Shown here in pieces: positions 31,071-44,204 of a DNA stretch of 64,000 nt. The first letter of the stretch is position 1. The number at the start of each line of letters is the position of its first letter. The DNA is from Eledone cirrhosa (Eukaryota), in NCBI GenBank assembly GCA_964016885.1, contig OZ024762.1, positions 14,694,001-14,758,000 of the forward strand. Reading direction: 5' to 3'. Below the pieces are notes generated by a model. The model searched no databases, was not told where the DNA came from, and saw only the letters and a program-made list of their open reading frames with translations. A program made the translations under genes and the position numbers.

Positions 31071-31665
31071 GCTACTGGTAACATGTATCCCAGTACAACC
31101 TGTCTCATGGTCGGGTCGTTGGCGACTAAACTGGCAACCCTACCACCAAGGTTTCTTGGTGAGGAGGGTGACTTTGGACATCCTACAGGACTAAAAACAA
31201 AACCTGTCAAAGGGCAAAGGAGCTCTTAAGAGTCAATGGCCATCCAAAATCACCGGGAGAGATGACCCCTTAGCCTTTGTCAAGGCAGAATTCTAGGAGA
31301 AGGAAAACTCTGATATAACACCTGCAACCCTGATGGTATCCAATGATGTTGACTTGTTCTTCTTTTTGGTAAATATCATCTTGGTTAAGAGAGTGGGACT
31401 GGCTTTGTGCAGTGCCTTTGCTCACTATAAAAGCTTCACGGCACAGGCATTGCTTTGTATCTGGAGATCTCTCTGCACTTGTCATCACATGGTACCATGG
31501 GCCCAGCACTATGTGTCAATAATTGTCACAAGTGTAGTGTTTGTACCAGAGTTTTCAAGTCGCTGGCTGGACTAAAAAGTCACATTCGTTCAGCGCATCG
31601 GTAGGGGTTCTCCTGCATGGATATAAAGTAGTGGCCGAACTCGAAAACGAGTTGGCAGCCGCCAT
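31071..31665 (+). mobile_element. Dispersed repeat of about 590 bp, copy 1 (possibly the 5' region of an RTE-type LINE)
   Basis: Nearly identical to 36023-36613, with a diverged relative at 56556-56945. It contains CTAGGAGAAGGAAAACTCTGA, which I recall from RTE 5' regions but have not verified. Confidence 0.6.
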
Positions 31666-32959
31666 GTGTGTATGTGTGTGTGTAGGTTCGGATCTAGCTG
31701 TCGAAACGGCCAGAGCTCAGCCGTCGGGGGCCTGAATCGTTTCATATATATATATATACACACACACGAACATATATGTTTATGCATAATTGCACAGCGA
31801 ACTATATATACGCCACGCACGCACGCACACATACATACAATGTTATATTATATGCATACACACATGTATATACAGGCACACAAACACATACCGAATCGAG
31901 TTTCACGTTGTGTCCTTGAGCAAGATACTTTATTTCACACTTCTCCAGTCGGCTTGTCACCAACTCTATCATGTGTATCTACCTAAGAACTATATATATA
32001 TATATGTATCATCATCATCATCATCATCATCGCCGTTTTACGTCCGTTCTCTCACGCTAGCATGGGTTAGACGCGTTGTCCTGTTGTGGGCAGTGTCCAG
32101 TCGCCTGATGTATATATATATATACACACACACACGCAGGGTGTCCCAAAAAGAGGTATACATACTTTCATTACCAGTAAAGGCAATATTTATTAGAATG
32201 CTGTTTAAGTATGTATACATTTTTGGGACACCTTATATATACATACACACACATTCACACATATATGTATATATATATATATATAAATAAAGTTAGTCCT
32301 TCATCAGTGATCTTCCAACCATCATTGGTATTTCATCGCTTTAAAGACCATATACCTCCGGTTGGTGCGAGCAACGGCTAAAAAAAGTCGTTGGGACACG
32401 TAAATAAAGGGGACACGAGTGTAAACAAACAAAAATGGTGAAGCAACGAAAAGTGAGGAAGGAGTCAAGTCCCAAATTTATATGAATTTAAATTCGGTGA
32501 AATCGTGAACGAGAGAGAATAAAGACCATCAAACCTGGTTGGAATGTGAGCGAGGAAGGAATTCCGTACAGGTCTAACGGGAGGAAGAAGGAGTCAAGTC
32601 TGTGAATTCGGTGAACGTAAGTTCTGTGAAATCGTAGACGAGAGAGAGAAAAAAAGCGACCTGCCAGACCAAGGGTGCGAAAGAAAAGAATTACGCACAG
32701 GTCAAACGGGAAGAAGGAGGAGGAGGAGAGGTAGTAACAGAGAATGAGTGAGTGAAGTGTGAGGAAGAGGCTAACAGAGAGAGTGACTGCTAGAGAGGGT
32801 AAAGATACAGAGAAAGAGGAAGCAGTAAGAACGAAATAGATATATGTATAATGTGACAGCTCACACCTATGCAGGTTTAGCTGGTCTCCTCCAAGGTATA
32901 TCTCGTTGGAGGTGTCTTGGGTGATTTAATGATAGAGACCCCAGTCCTATCATCTCATT

Positions 32960-33196
<237 letters not shown>

Positions 33197-33520
33197 GCGC
33201 ATACTCCTGCACATACTTAAATCATTCAAATATAACCTGAATGAGCACTCAATACGCTTATGATATAGTGTAAGATACGCTTCAGAAAAAAAAAAGTTAA
33301 TCTTTGTTGCTTCATCGGGTGACGTTGGGTATCTGGAACTTGTAAATTTATAAGGTGTGTGGATGTGTGTGGGTGAATGTGTGTGTGGGGGTCGGGGTTC
33401 TGCCTCTAAGGCACTGTGGCAGTTTTTTTTTCTTTTATATATATATATATAATAAAAGCAAAATAAAAGTTCAAATTTTTAAATTTGCCAATTTTCTTCA
33501 TAAACAAATCGCGGTTTATA

Positions 33521-33885
33521 TCTTTATATCTTTATATATATAAAAGCGAGGATGTGTGTGTGTCTGTGTACAACTTTGGATACCTAAGGCTTTTACAATT
33601 ACCAACCGAATTTGACCAAATTTTCTCTGCACGTTGCACAGGTCGCTAAGATGGTCACATCACAAAAAATGTTCCAATCGACCCACGTTGAGCAATACAA
33701 AGTCGATATCAAAATTATCGGTAGCAAAATTGATGTAAGGGAGATAACCAACTTTATTGACAATCCTTATAAAGAGACTGCTTATTTTGACAGGTTGGGG
33801 ACAAATAATGTTCTTCTTTTACTTCCTAGCTGTAATATTCTTAACATAATTTCAAACCCCGAGCAACGCCGGGTAAATCTGCTAG
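33521..33885 (+). mobile_element. Non-autonomous Helitron
   Basis: 5' end A|TCTTTATAT..ATAAAA, subterminal hairpin CCCGAGCAACGCCGGG at 33858-33873, 3' end CTAG|T, and no target duplication. Confidence 0.75.
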
Positions 33886-33950
33886 TTATATATATGACCA
33901 TAATTGGACCATGAAACCTTAGGTAGTGCTTTTTGTTCTGTATATGAACA

Positions 33951-33987
<37 letters not shown>

Positions 33988-34223
33988 TTTTTTATTTTTT
34001 TTTTTATTTATTCATTTATCTATTTATTTATTTACTTATTTATTTATTTCAAAAAAGCACTCTGGCTAATTGACCACTCCCCAAAGAAAAAACGGCCTGT
34101 GCCATGTTGTGGTCCTGTGTATCTAAATACCATCCTACCCCCCAAAAATCCCCTCCCCCCAGCCACCACCCCTCCCTTACCACTACCTAAATGTATAAAC
34201 ACCAGAACTTAATATGACACCCA

Positions 34224-34272
34224 GCTTCCTGAAGATTTCATCTGAATGAAACAGTACTAGTCCTGTAGAAGC
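34224..34272 (+). ncRNA. Type I hammerhead ribozyme motif, family B
   Basis: GCUUC-CUGAAGA-U UUC AUCU GAA U-GAAA-CAG UACUAGUC CUG-UA-GAAGC, with a perfect stem I. The family B tail follows to about 34358. Confidence 0.8.
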
Positions 34273-34359
34273 CCCTTCTATGAAATAAAAAATGTTTACT
34301 CTGCCATGTATTGAGTACCTTACTTACTGTGGTTATCCCCGACTCAACCCGGGACCTAC

Positions 34360-34390
<31 letters not shown>

Positions 34391-34399
34391 AATATATAT

Positions 34400-36004
34400 C
34401 GTCCAAGGGTCTTTAGCCATTTTATAAGCTATTTCTGGCAACCGACTGTGTTTACAGTTATCTTTCTGCGTCAGGGCATACTACGTTCTCTAAACTTTAA
34501 ATTCTCTCTCTCTCTCTTTTTTTTTTTTTTTTTTTGCAGATTTACCTCATGATGTTAACTGCTACGGGCTGCCAGGAAGTTCCTCTTCTGGCAAGGCAAA
34601 GAAGCCGAGGAAACCCATGGGAATGTGAAGGAAATCTTGAAGGATGGCAGCCCCATCTTACTCAACAGGGAAAATCTGGGTGTCAAGGTTTCAGCCTGGT
34701 TATTTTGAGGTCACTGATAAACCCCGTTGAGGACGGGCAGCTTCCGCGGCGACCACAGACGACAAAGCCTACGCCGTGCAAGTCATGATTCTCGAGGACC
34801 GCCGGATTTCAGCTAAAACCATAGATGATACTCTGGGGGTTTCCTGCTAAAGAGTGGGTCACATCATCCACAAAATTCTGGACACGGGAAAGCTTTCCGC
34901 AAAAAATGGTGCCGTAATGCCTGAACGTAGATTAAAAGCACAACAGAGTGACGACATTAAAGGCGATTCTGGATTGGTTCGCAGCGAGAGAGGCTGATTT
35001 TATGGGTCGTTTAGTCACCATGGATGAAACTTGGCTTCATCATTATGATACCCAGACCAAGCAGCAATCTAATGGAGGGGCGCCACAGCGCTTCACCACG
35101 TCCAAGAAGTTTCAGACCTAGAAGTCAGCTGGAAAGATTCTGTCTTCAGTGCCTGGGACACTTATGATACCCAGAACAAGCAGTAAGCAATGGAGTAGCG
35201 CCACACCGCTTCACCACATCCCAGAAGTTTCAGATCCAGATGTCAACTGGAAAAGTACTGTCTTTAGTGTCTGGGACAACGACGGAGTACTCCTCATAAA
35301 ATACCTACCAAAGGGCTGCACCATCAACACAGAATACTATATGACTCTGTTGGACGAAATGTGTGACGCTTTGAAAACAGAAATGCCGTGGAAAACTGAG
35401 CCGTGGTGTCCTGTTTTTGCAGCATCACACACAGCACACGACCGTATTTCCTGTCCTTGAAGACGCACCCTAATTTTGACAACCAAAAATTTGAAAAAAA
35501 AAATAATTGTTTCTACTTTTGGCACAAGGCCAGCAAATACCCAGTACATTACTGGTACTTTATTTTATCGACCTCGAAAAAAAAAAAATAATAAACAACC
35601 TTCGGCCTCCAGGACACATTGGTAGATTTTTTAAAGACTTATTTTAGGGGAAAAGTAGCGTCTTTGACGCCGGGAAATACGGTAAGTTTGGTTACCAATT
35701 GGTTGACCACCCACCTTACTCTCCTGATTTGGCTCCATCTGATTATCACCTTTTACCACAACTGAAGAAACATCATCTCAAAGGAACGAAATTTCACTCC
35801 GATTCGCAAGTGATCACTGCTACAGAGACCTGGCTGGAGGTCCAACATACCAAGTTCATTTTACAGGGCTTACAAAAACTGAAGGACCGCTGCAATAAGT
35901 GTGTGAATCTGAGAGGGGGGATATGTTGAATAAAATCATAATTAACAAATCCACCTGAATTTTCTTTTACCCAAAAGCTACGACCTTTTCAGTATCACCT
36001 TGTA
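34400..36004 (+). pseudogene. Decayed mariner-family transposase and element
   Basis: Translated fragments include RLVTMDETWLHHYD (near 35010), WDNDGVLLIKYLPKGCTINTEYY and HPPYSPDLAPSDYHL. The region has stops and frameshifts and a probable 3' terminal repeat ending CACCTTG|TA. The 5' boundary is uncertain. Confidence 0.9.
35442..35682. mobile_element. MITE with CCGTATTTCC termini (Tc2-like) nested in the mariner, itself containing a SINE fragment (35503-35577)
   Basis: CCGTATTTCCTG...AAGACGC is inverted against GCGTCTT...CGGGAAATACGG|TA. Confidence 0.65.
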
Positions 36005-36022
36005 TGTGTATGTATGTATGTA

Positions 36023-36611
36023 TGCTACTGGTAACATGTATCCGAGTACAACCTGTCTCATGGTCGGGTCGCTGGCGACTAAACTGGCAACCCCACCAAG
36101 GTTTCTTGGTGAGGAGGGTGACTTTGGACATCCTGCAGGACTAAAAACAAAACCTGTCAAAGGGCAAAGGAGCTCTTAAGAGTCAATGGCCATCCAAAAT
36201 CACCGGGAGAGATGACCCCTTAGCCTTTGTCAAGGCAGAATTCTAGGAGAAGGAAAACTCTGATATAACACCTGCAACCCTGATGGTATCCAATGATGTT
36301 GATTTGTTCTTCTTTTTGGTAAATATCATCTTGGTTAAGAGAGTGGGACTGGCTTTGTGCAGTGCCTTTGCTCACTATAAAAGCTTCATGGCACAGGCAT
36401 TGCTTTATATCTGGAGATCTCTCTGCACTTGTCATCACATGGTACCATGGGCCCAGCACTATGTGTCAATAATTGTCACAAGTGTAGTGTTTGTACCAGA
36501 GTTTTCAAGTCGCTGGCTGGACTAAAAAGTCACATTCGTTCAGCGCATCGGTAGGGGTTCTCCTACATGGATATAAAGTAGTGGCCGTACTCGAAAACGA
36601 GTTGGCAGCCA

Positions 36612-36613
<2 letters not shown>
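36023..36613 (+). mobile_element. Dispersed repeat of about 590 bp, copy 2
   Basis: Near-identical to 31071-31665 with the same 3' end, followed by (TA)n. Confidence 0.6.
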
Positions 36614-36685
<72 letters not shown>

Positions 36686-36819
36686 ACAGTATGTAAGGTA
36701 CTCAATACAAAGCAGAGTATAAATATTTAATATAGAAAAGGCTTCTACAGGACTAGAACTGTTTCATTCGGGAGAAATCATCTCCCTCAGTACCCCTCTC
36801 TTTCTCTCTCGCTGTACCC

Positions 36820-37226
36820 TAGTCTGTCTGTCTAACTCTCAGTCCGCCGGTCAGCCTCTCAGTATGTCTGTGTATCTGTCAGCCTGTCTGTCCCTCACTC
36901 TGCCAGTGTGTCAGTCTCTCTGTCAGCTTGTCTGTCAGTCTCTCTGTCAGCCTGTGTATCTGTCAGTCAGTCAGTCTATCTCTCTGTCAGTCAGTCAGTC
37001 AGTCAGCCTGTCTGTCAGCCTGTCTGTCAGCCTGTCTGTCAGTCTGTCTGTCAGTCAGTCAGTCTCTCTGTCTGTCAGCCTGTGTATCTGTCAGTCAGTC
37101 AGTCTATCTCTCTGTCAGTCAGTCAGTCAGTCAGCCTGTCTGTCAGCCTGTCTGTCAGTCTGTCTGTCAGTCAGTCAGTCTCTCTGTCTGTCAGCCTGTC
37201 TGTCAGTCTGTGTATCTGTCAGTCAG
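36820..37226. repeat. (TCAG/TCTG)n-derived repeat
   Basis: Direct reading. Confidence 0.9.
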
Positions 37227-37319
37227 TAAACTTGGTACAAATGTACCAGATTGGAGTGCAACATCGATTATTGATTTCTCTCATAGTATTATTAGTAAGG
37301 CAAAAAGCAGCATGCCATG

Positions 37320-38605
37320 TTGTTGATGGTGATTGTAGTAGTGGTGATGGTGGTGGTGGTGGTGGTGGTGGTGGTAGTGGTGGTGGTGATTGTAGTAGTG
37401 GTGGTGGTGATGGTGGTGGTGGTGGTGGTAGTGGTGATGGTGGTGGTAGTGGTGGTGATGGTGGTGGTAGTGGTGGTGGTGATTGTAGTAGTGGTGGTGG
37501 TGGTGGTGGTGATTGTAGTAGTGGTGGTGGTGGTGATTGTAGTAGTGGTGGTGGTGATGGTGATTGTAGTAGTGGTGGTGGTGGTGATGGTGGTGGTGGT
37601 GATTGTAGTAGTGGTGGTGGTGGTGGTGGTGGTGGTGGTGGTGGTGGTGGTGGTGGTGGTAGTGGTGGTAGTAGTGGTGGTGGTGGTGATTGTAGTAGTG
37701 GTGGTGGTAGTAGTGGTGGTGATGGTAGTGGTGGTGATGCTAGAAGTGGTGGTGGTGGTAGTACTGGTGGTAGTGGTGATGCTAGAAGTGGTGGTGGTGG
37801 TAGTGGAGGTGATGGTAGTACTGGTGGTGGTGATGGTAGTAGTGGTGATGGTGGTGATGGTAGTAGTGATGATGGTGGTGATGGTGGTGGTGGTGATGGT
37901 GGTGACGGTAGTAGTGGTGGTGATGATGTTCGTGGTGGTTGTAGTGTTCGCGGTGGTGATGATTGTGATGATAGCGGTGGTGGTGGTGGTGGTGGTGATG
38001 ATGATGATGATGGTTGTGATGATGATTGTGATGATGGAGGTGGTAGTGGCAGTGGCGGCGGCGGCATTGAAGGGGGGGGGGGCTGTTATCGGTGGAAGAA
38101 ATGTTGCTGATGGTGGTGGTGGTGGTGATTGTATTGGAAATATTGCTGGTGGTGGTGGTGGTGGTTTATTAATGGTGTAAGGGGTGCGTGTTGGTGTTGG
38201 TGGTGGTGGTGGTGGTGGTGGTGGTGGTGGAAATGGGAGTGGAGTTAGGTGATAGTGCTGTTGGTGGTGGTGGTGGTGGTAGTATTGGTAATGGTAGCAC
38301 TGTTTGTTATAGTGGTAGTGGTAGTAGTAGAAGTGGTGGTGATGGCGGTAATAGTCGTAGTGGTAGTAGGAGTAGCAGTACTAGTGGTGGTAGTGGTGTC
38401 GGCGGTGGTAGTGTTGCTAGTGTGTGAGGTATCGTTAATGATGGTGGTGGTGGTGGTGGTGCTACTAGTGGTGATGCTATTGGCACTGGTGGTAGTAGTG
38501 GTGGTGGTAGTAGTAGTAGGGGGAAACGGCGGTGGTGGTAGTAGTGCTGCTGTTGTTGCTAATGATGCTGCTGCTGCTGCTGATCATGGTGGTGGTGGTG
38601 GTGGC
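37320..38605. repeat. Degenerate (GGT)n trinucleotide tract
   Basis: GGT/AGT/GAT repeats, open in several frames as poly-Gly, poly-Val and poly-Pro. Confidence 0.9.
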
Positions 38606-38767
38606 AGCTATAGCCACTGGCATGAAAAGTCAGTGATGCAGTAAACTCCCCCCCGGTGGTGAACCAACCGGTGAATCGAACAATTTATTTTGGGATGTAG
38701 CCCCAAATGTTTCTCTCTTCCCTCTCCTGGCCAACCTAACCCCTGCCCCTACCTAGCCAACCTCAAT

Positions 38768-38975
38768 TTAACCCTTTAACATTTGCATTATTCTATATTT
38801 ACTATTGTAATTTCATGGTAAACACTTTATCTCATATACTATCGAATCTATGAGATTTTGATATTATTTGAGAACAATACCTAAACATCAGTATGAGCAA
38901 CCAATTACAGCCGGTTTCAACAGAAAGGTGAGAGAATTCTGGCCGCATACGGCCGGATGAAATGCTAAACGGTTG
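38768..38975. mobile_element. piggyBac-like MITE, degenerate
   Basis: TTAA|CCCTTTAACATTT ... AAATGCTAAACGG|TT. Confidence 0.5.
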
Positions 38976-39081
38976 GAGAGAGAGAGGATGGACTCCCCCT
39001 GCATTAAAATTCCCAAGAAATGCCTTATGTCAACGCGGTACCCCTACGAATTAATCAAGATTTTGGGAGCCATTACCATAC

Positions 39082-39112
<31 letters not shown>

Positions 39113-39279
39113 CTTTTTACACATATATGGTGGGGTAGGGTCCCGTAACTTCTGGTAGAATAGTAGGGAACGGCGTGGTGCTATACAGCGTTTCTTAGGC
39201 ATTTTAAACCTGGCGGGGCCCACCTGTGTCTGAACACGACAGATTTATTCCATGCCACAAAGCCCTGTTGCTCGATGAT

Positions 39280-40000
39280 CTACCGATTCTGCTAATCGCC
39301 CACCCACCCCCGCCGTCACCGTAGTACATAATAATTGTTTCTACGTTAGACACAAGGCCAGCAATTACCCAGTGTATTACTGGTACTTTATTTTATCGAC
39401 CCCGTAAGGATGATGAAAGGCAAAGTTAACCTCGGCCGGATTTGAACTCAGAATGGCAAGGGCCGTAACTCTATGCGCCAAAGCATGGCGTCCAATGGTT
39501 TCTGATTTAGGCACAAAGCCAACAATTTTAGGAACAGGGGCAAGTCGATTAAATCGACCCCAGTGTATTACTGGTGCTTTATTTTATCGACCCCGTAAGG
39601 ATGAAAGACAAAGCTAACCTCGGCAGGATTTGAACTCAGAACATAAAGGGCCGTAACACTATGCCACAAAGCATGGTCAATAATTCTTTCTAAAGATTAG
39701 CAAAGTCCAACACTTTGGGGGAGGGGCGGAAATCAATTAAATCGACCCCAGTATTTAACTGGTACTTTATTTTATCGGAAAAATACGTCATGTTCTACCA
39801 AGATTTAAATTACACTTTAAAACAAAATAGTAATTTGCCAAAAATAATTGTTTCTACTTTTGGCACAAGGCCAGTAATTATCCCAGTACATTACTGGTAT
39901 TTTATTTTATCGACCCCGTAAGGCAAAGCTAACTCAAACCGTAAAGGGCCGTAACTCAATGCTACAAAGCATCGTGTCTGACGCTCTACCGATGATACCA
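39280..40000 (-). mobile_element. Head-to-tail cluster of 4-5 tRNA-derived SINE copies
   Basis: Repeated GGCACAAGGCCAGCAATT...TTATCGACCCCGTAAGGATGAAAGGCAAAG..AACCTCGGC.GGATTTGAACTC blocks start near 39331, 39495, 39680 and 39844. Confidence 0.8.
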
Positions 40001-40673
40001 ATAATAATAATTATGACAACAATAGTAACAACAATAATAAAAACAAGAAAAAGGAAAATATGTAGAAAAAGAAAAAAAACGAAAAAAACGAGAGGTGGGG
40101 GATAAGAACTCTGGTGTTGCAGAGAGAGGGGAGGGACGAAGGGGGGTAATTGGATTTGGGCCTAGGGCATGGGGACAGAAGAGCTGCAGCCCGCGGACAA
40201 TGGCCAGTGGACACCCGCTGCATCAACCATCCCACCCCACGTGGTTCCTTCCTCAGACGGGCCGCTGACATGATATATTAATTCAAATGTAAATAAAGAA
40301 TAAATAAATTGTAGGACTCCTACCTGATAAAGGTTGACTCCACGTGGGAGTGAAAGTCTGTGAGGGTATGGCCTGTGTTTGGTGTTTGAAGGACGCAATA
40401 TCCGGTGAAAATGAGGCCGACGTTATTAGGAAAAGCAGTCACCGTGTATAGTTATTTACATATTCCTGGAAGAGAAAAATAGAGAAAAAAACCATTAAAA
40501 GGTGTTTATGTCACAAACGAGGTGACAATAGAGAACATAACGAATTATTTTTTGGAATATATGGCGTGTCGTCGTATAGGACGCATCCGTATTTTGGGTA
40601 AAGAAAAAAGTTTGGAAAAAAGTTATAGTTTATATTTTAATCCATATACATATATGTATACTGTATGTATATG

Positions 40674-40777
<104 letters not shown>

Positions 40778-41001
40778 GCGGCGGGTAGAAAAGGCGAACG
40801 AAACGCAAAATTCAGAAATGTAATATATATATATATATATATATTATACTATATATGAAAATATTCAGGACCCCGACGGCTGAGCTCCGGCCGTTTCGAC
40901 AGCTGGATGCCCCAAGTATCGAGTACTCTGGTGGGTTATGGTCCACCTGGTATCTTACCACCCTTTCTGATATTATACTATATATATATTGAACTGTACA
41001 C

Positions 41002-41064
<63 letters not shown>

Positions 41065-41066
<2 letters not shown>

Positions 41067-41275
41067 TAATAATAATAAATTTGAAGACTAAAATCCAAAG
41101 AGGGCCGATAAGGATAAATATATATCAAATATATAAGAACCGTAGAGCAAATATTTATTAAAATAACAGCTTAAAGTTTAAGCAAAGAATCGCTGCTTTC
41201 ACCCTTAGTTTCAGAAGATCCCGTTAAGGGTGAAAGCAGCGATTCTTTGCTTAAACTTTAATCTGTTATTTTAAA
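41065..41275. mobile_element. Fold-back element, family D
   Basis: Inverted arms at 41159-41207 and 41225-41272. Family tail fragments lie at 21-125, 42649, 43787-43841, 44159 and 47055. Confidence 0.65.
41207..41257 (+). ncRNA. Hammerhead-like motif with a variant core (CAGAAGA), family D
   Basis: AGUUU-CAGAAGA-U CCC GUUAA GGG U-GAAA-GCA GCGAUUCUU UGC-UU-AAACU. All three stems form. Confidence 0.6.
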
Positions 41276-41472
41276 TATATATATATATATATATTGGTAA
41301 ACGGAAAAGAAAATGCTGACAAATTGTTCACAGTGAAAAATAGTTTAATTAGGAATAAGTGAGAATTAGTAATAGTATTGGTTAGTATTCAGTTTTGGTT
41401 TTAAGTTTTACCGGTTGCGCATTTCTAATGCTTTTCAAAAATAATTTTGAGATAGAGCGTCCGTGATGTTTG

Positions 41473-41528
<56 letters not shown>

Positions 41529-41751
41529 GAGAAGAAAGAAGAATACTGCGTGGTTGCACATGGATTACATATGGTAAAAATAGTCCTTCGTCAGTGATTT
41601 TCCAACCATCATTGGTATTTCATCGCATTAAAAATCATATACCTCAGGTTGGCGCGAAAAATAACTAAAAAAAGTTATTGGGACCAGTAAATCGCGTAAA
41701 GCGAGGGGGACAGGTGAACAACATAGAAGGATAAAAGCAAATCAAAGAAAA

Positions 41752-41801
<50 letters not shown>

Positions 41802-42041
41802 TATATATGGGGGGGGGGGTCTGTAAAGCTATCGTCTTTGAAATTTTAAAACTGGCTGACGAAATTCGGTACAATACCGACCAAAGAGAGAAAGATAGAG
41901 AAAGTGGGAGAGAGAGGGAGGGGGGAGTGAGTGAGGGAGAAAGAGAGTGTGACAGAGAGCGAAAGAGAGAGAGAGAGAAAGAGAGAGCGAGAAAGAGGGT
42001 GAGTGAGAGTGAGAAAGAGAGACAGCGAGAAGCTAGAGAGC

Positions 42042-42093
<52 letters not shown>

Positions 42094-42515
42094 CTAGAGA
42101 GCTAGAGAGAGAGAGCGAGAAGCTAGAGAGAGAGAGAGAGAGAGCGAGAGCGAGAAGCTAGAGAGCTAGACAGAGAGCGAGAGCTAGAGAGAGAGTGCGA
42201 GAGCTAGAGAGCTAGAGAGAGTGCGAGAAGCTAGAGAGCTAGAGAGAGTGCGAGCGACAGAGAGAGCATCAGTAACAGTAAGAACACACAACAAGTACTA
42301 AAGCTATAAAACCATACAAGTTATAACATGTACCTCACAAAAGCTGGAAATGTGAACATGACGGCTGCAATTGTCAGACAGACACAGAAATCTATATAAT
42401 GTACACACTGACTGATGGAACTAGAGCCACTGTCAAATTATATTCTTATGTTGATTTCTAGGATACATCACACAGTCGCATATATATATATATGTGTGTG
42501 TGGTGTGTGTGGTGT

Positions 42516-42638
<123 letters not shown>

Positions 42639-42709
42639 ATATATATATAGTAACAAAAGTAAATGTGAAGACTAAAATCATAAGGATAATATATTTATAA
42701 AACCATATT

Positions 42710-42774
42710 TATTTCATTATACATATTTCAGGGATACCAAATTAAAATATGGTATGCCTTCATCAGACAAAATG
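42710..42774 (-). ncRNA. Type I hammerhead ribozyme motif, family A (left arm)
   Basis: Near reverse complement of 42911-42975. Confidence 0.8.
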
Positions 42775-42910
42775 CAATATATAAACAGTTTTATAAATAA
42801 TTTTGACGTACCCTATTAAATGCAACCATTATTTTTGGAAGCTATCTTCTAAAAATAATGGTTGCATTTAATAGGGTACGTCAAAATTATTTATAAAACT
42901 TTATATATTG

Positions 42911-42975
42911 TATTTTGTCTGATGAAGGCATACCATATTTTAGTTTGGTATCCCTGAAATATGTATAATGAAATA
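42911..42975 (+). ncRNA. Type I hammerhead ribozyme motif, family A (right arm of a palindrome of about 300 bp, 42690-42995)
   Basis: UAUUUUGU-CUGAUGA-AGGCAUACCA(loop)UGGUAUCCCU-GAAA-U AUGU A-UA-AUGAAAUA. Two stem II pairs are compensatory relative to the copy at 1284. Confidence 0.82.
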
Positions 42976-43366
42976 AATATGGTTTTATAAATATAGTTTC
43001 CATTTATTAATATCGTATATATATATATTCAATACATTAACAGAGAAAGCTTTATGCTTTACTCTGACTGGCTTCCATCTCACTCAACAAACATTAGGAT
43101 ATACCTTAGTATAATCCCAATTTTACGTTTGGGGTGCTAACTATACGTATTTTGCGGAAGGCCAGTAGTATTATTTTATATGAGACATAATTAAAATTTA
43201 TCTCCTTTTACAAACAATTGTTTCATTATAAGTTATCTACAAGTTGGGAGAATGTGTCCGGGTTATGTAGAAGCCTTCACACATTCGTAGGAATATATGC
43301 AGGTGGGCACTTATAAATCATCAGTGGATGCCCGTCAAACATCGATGTAAAAAAACTCTCTTACCG

Positions 43367-43406
<40 letters not shown>

Positions 43407-43479
43407 TTGAAATAGGATGAAACGAAATTTCATTTCTCACTCTTAGTACGGCACTTACTGCCATCTGGCAGAAGGGTAT

Positions 43480-43522
43480 ACGGTGCTGATGATAGCTAAG
43501 AAGCTTGAAACTAGTACATCGT
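43480..43522 (+). ncRNA. Minimal type I hammerhead motif with a palindromic stem III (ACUAGU)
   Basis: ACGGUG-CUGAUGA-U AGCU AAGA AGCU U-GAAA-CUAG-UA-CAUCGU, with a 6-bp stem I and a GUA triplet. Confidence 0.8.
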
Positions 43523-43671
43523 TCCTGTGTCAGTGTTGAACAAAAAGGTGACGTGGTTGCCTTAACACCGTACGGCATAAATCAGGCTGTCCGTTTGTTT
43601 ACAAACGGACAAAGCGGGCGTTATAATAAACGTCCGCTAAACTGATACGTACATATATATATGTGTACCTG

Positions 43672-43707
<36 letters not shown>

Positions 43708-43857
43708 TACTACTGTACGTCTGTATACATATATGTATGTACGCATACATACATACATACTTGCATATATATATATATATATATATATTATCCTTATGAA
43801 GCCCTCTTCGGATTTTAGTCTTCACATTTATTTTTGTTACTATATATATTCATACAT

Positions 43858-43893
<36 letters not shown>

Positions 43894-44091
43894 GCGACTG
43901 TGTGATGATCGTCAGAATTATTGAGATAACCATCGTCTCAGTGTGTTTGGCCTTTAACGTGTGTTTGGCCTTTAACCTATGTTGTAGCTCTGGTTCGTCA
44001 GAATTATTGAGCGCTTGCCACACATCTCGGAAGTTGTTTTTCGCTAATTCCAAAGCCGAAATACGATTCTCGCTAATTTATATTTATATAT

Positions 44092-44162
<71 letters not shown>

Positions 44163-44204
44163 ATAATAATAAATGTGAAGACTAAAATCCAAAGAAGGCT
44201 CGAT

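Noticed and set aside
36908-38644. 400-aa Gly-rich, 282-aa Pro-rich and 287-aa Val-rich ORFs
   Set aside because: All are frames of one (GGT)n tract with no supporting domain or gene structure.
40320-40370. Hammerhead at CTGATAA...GAAAGTC
   Set aside because: The core is imperfect and stems I and III do not form convincingly.
43270-43332. Minus-strand CTGATGA core
   Set aside because: No stem II or GAAA in register.
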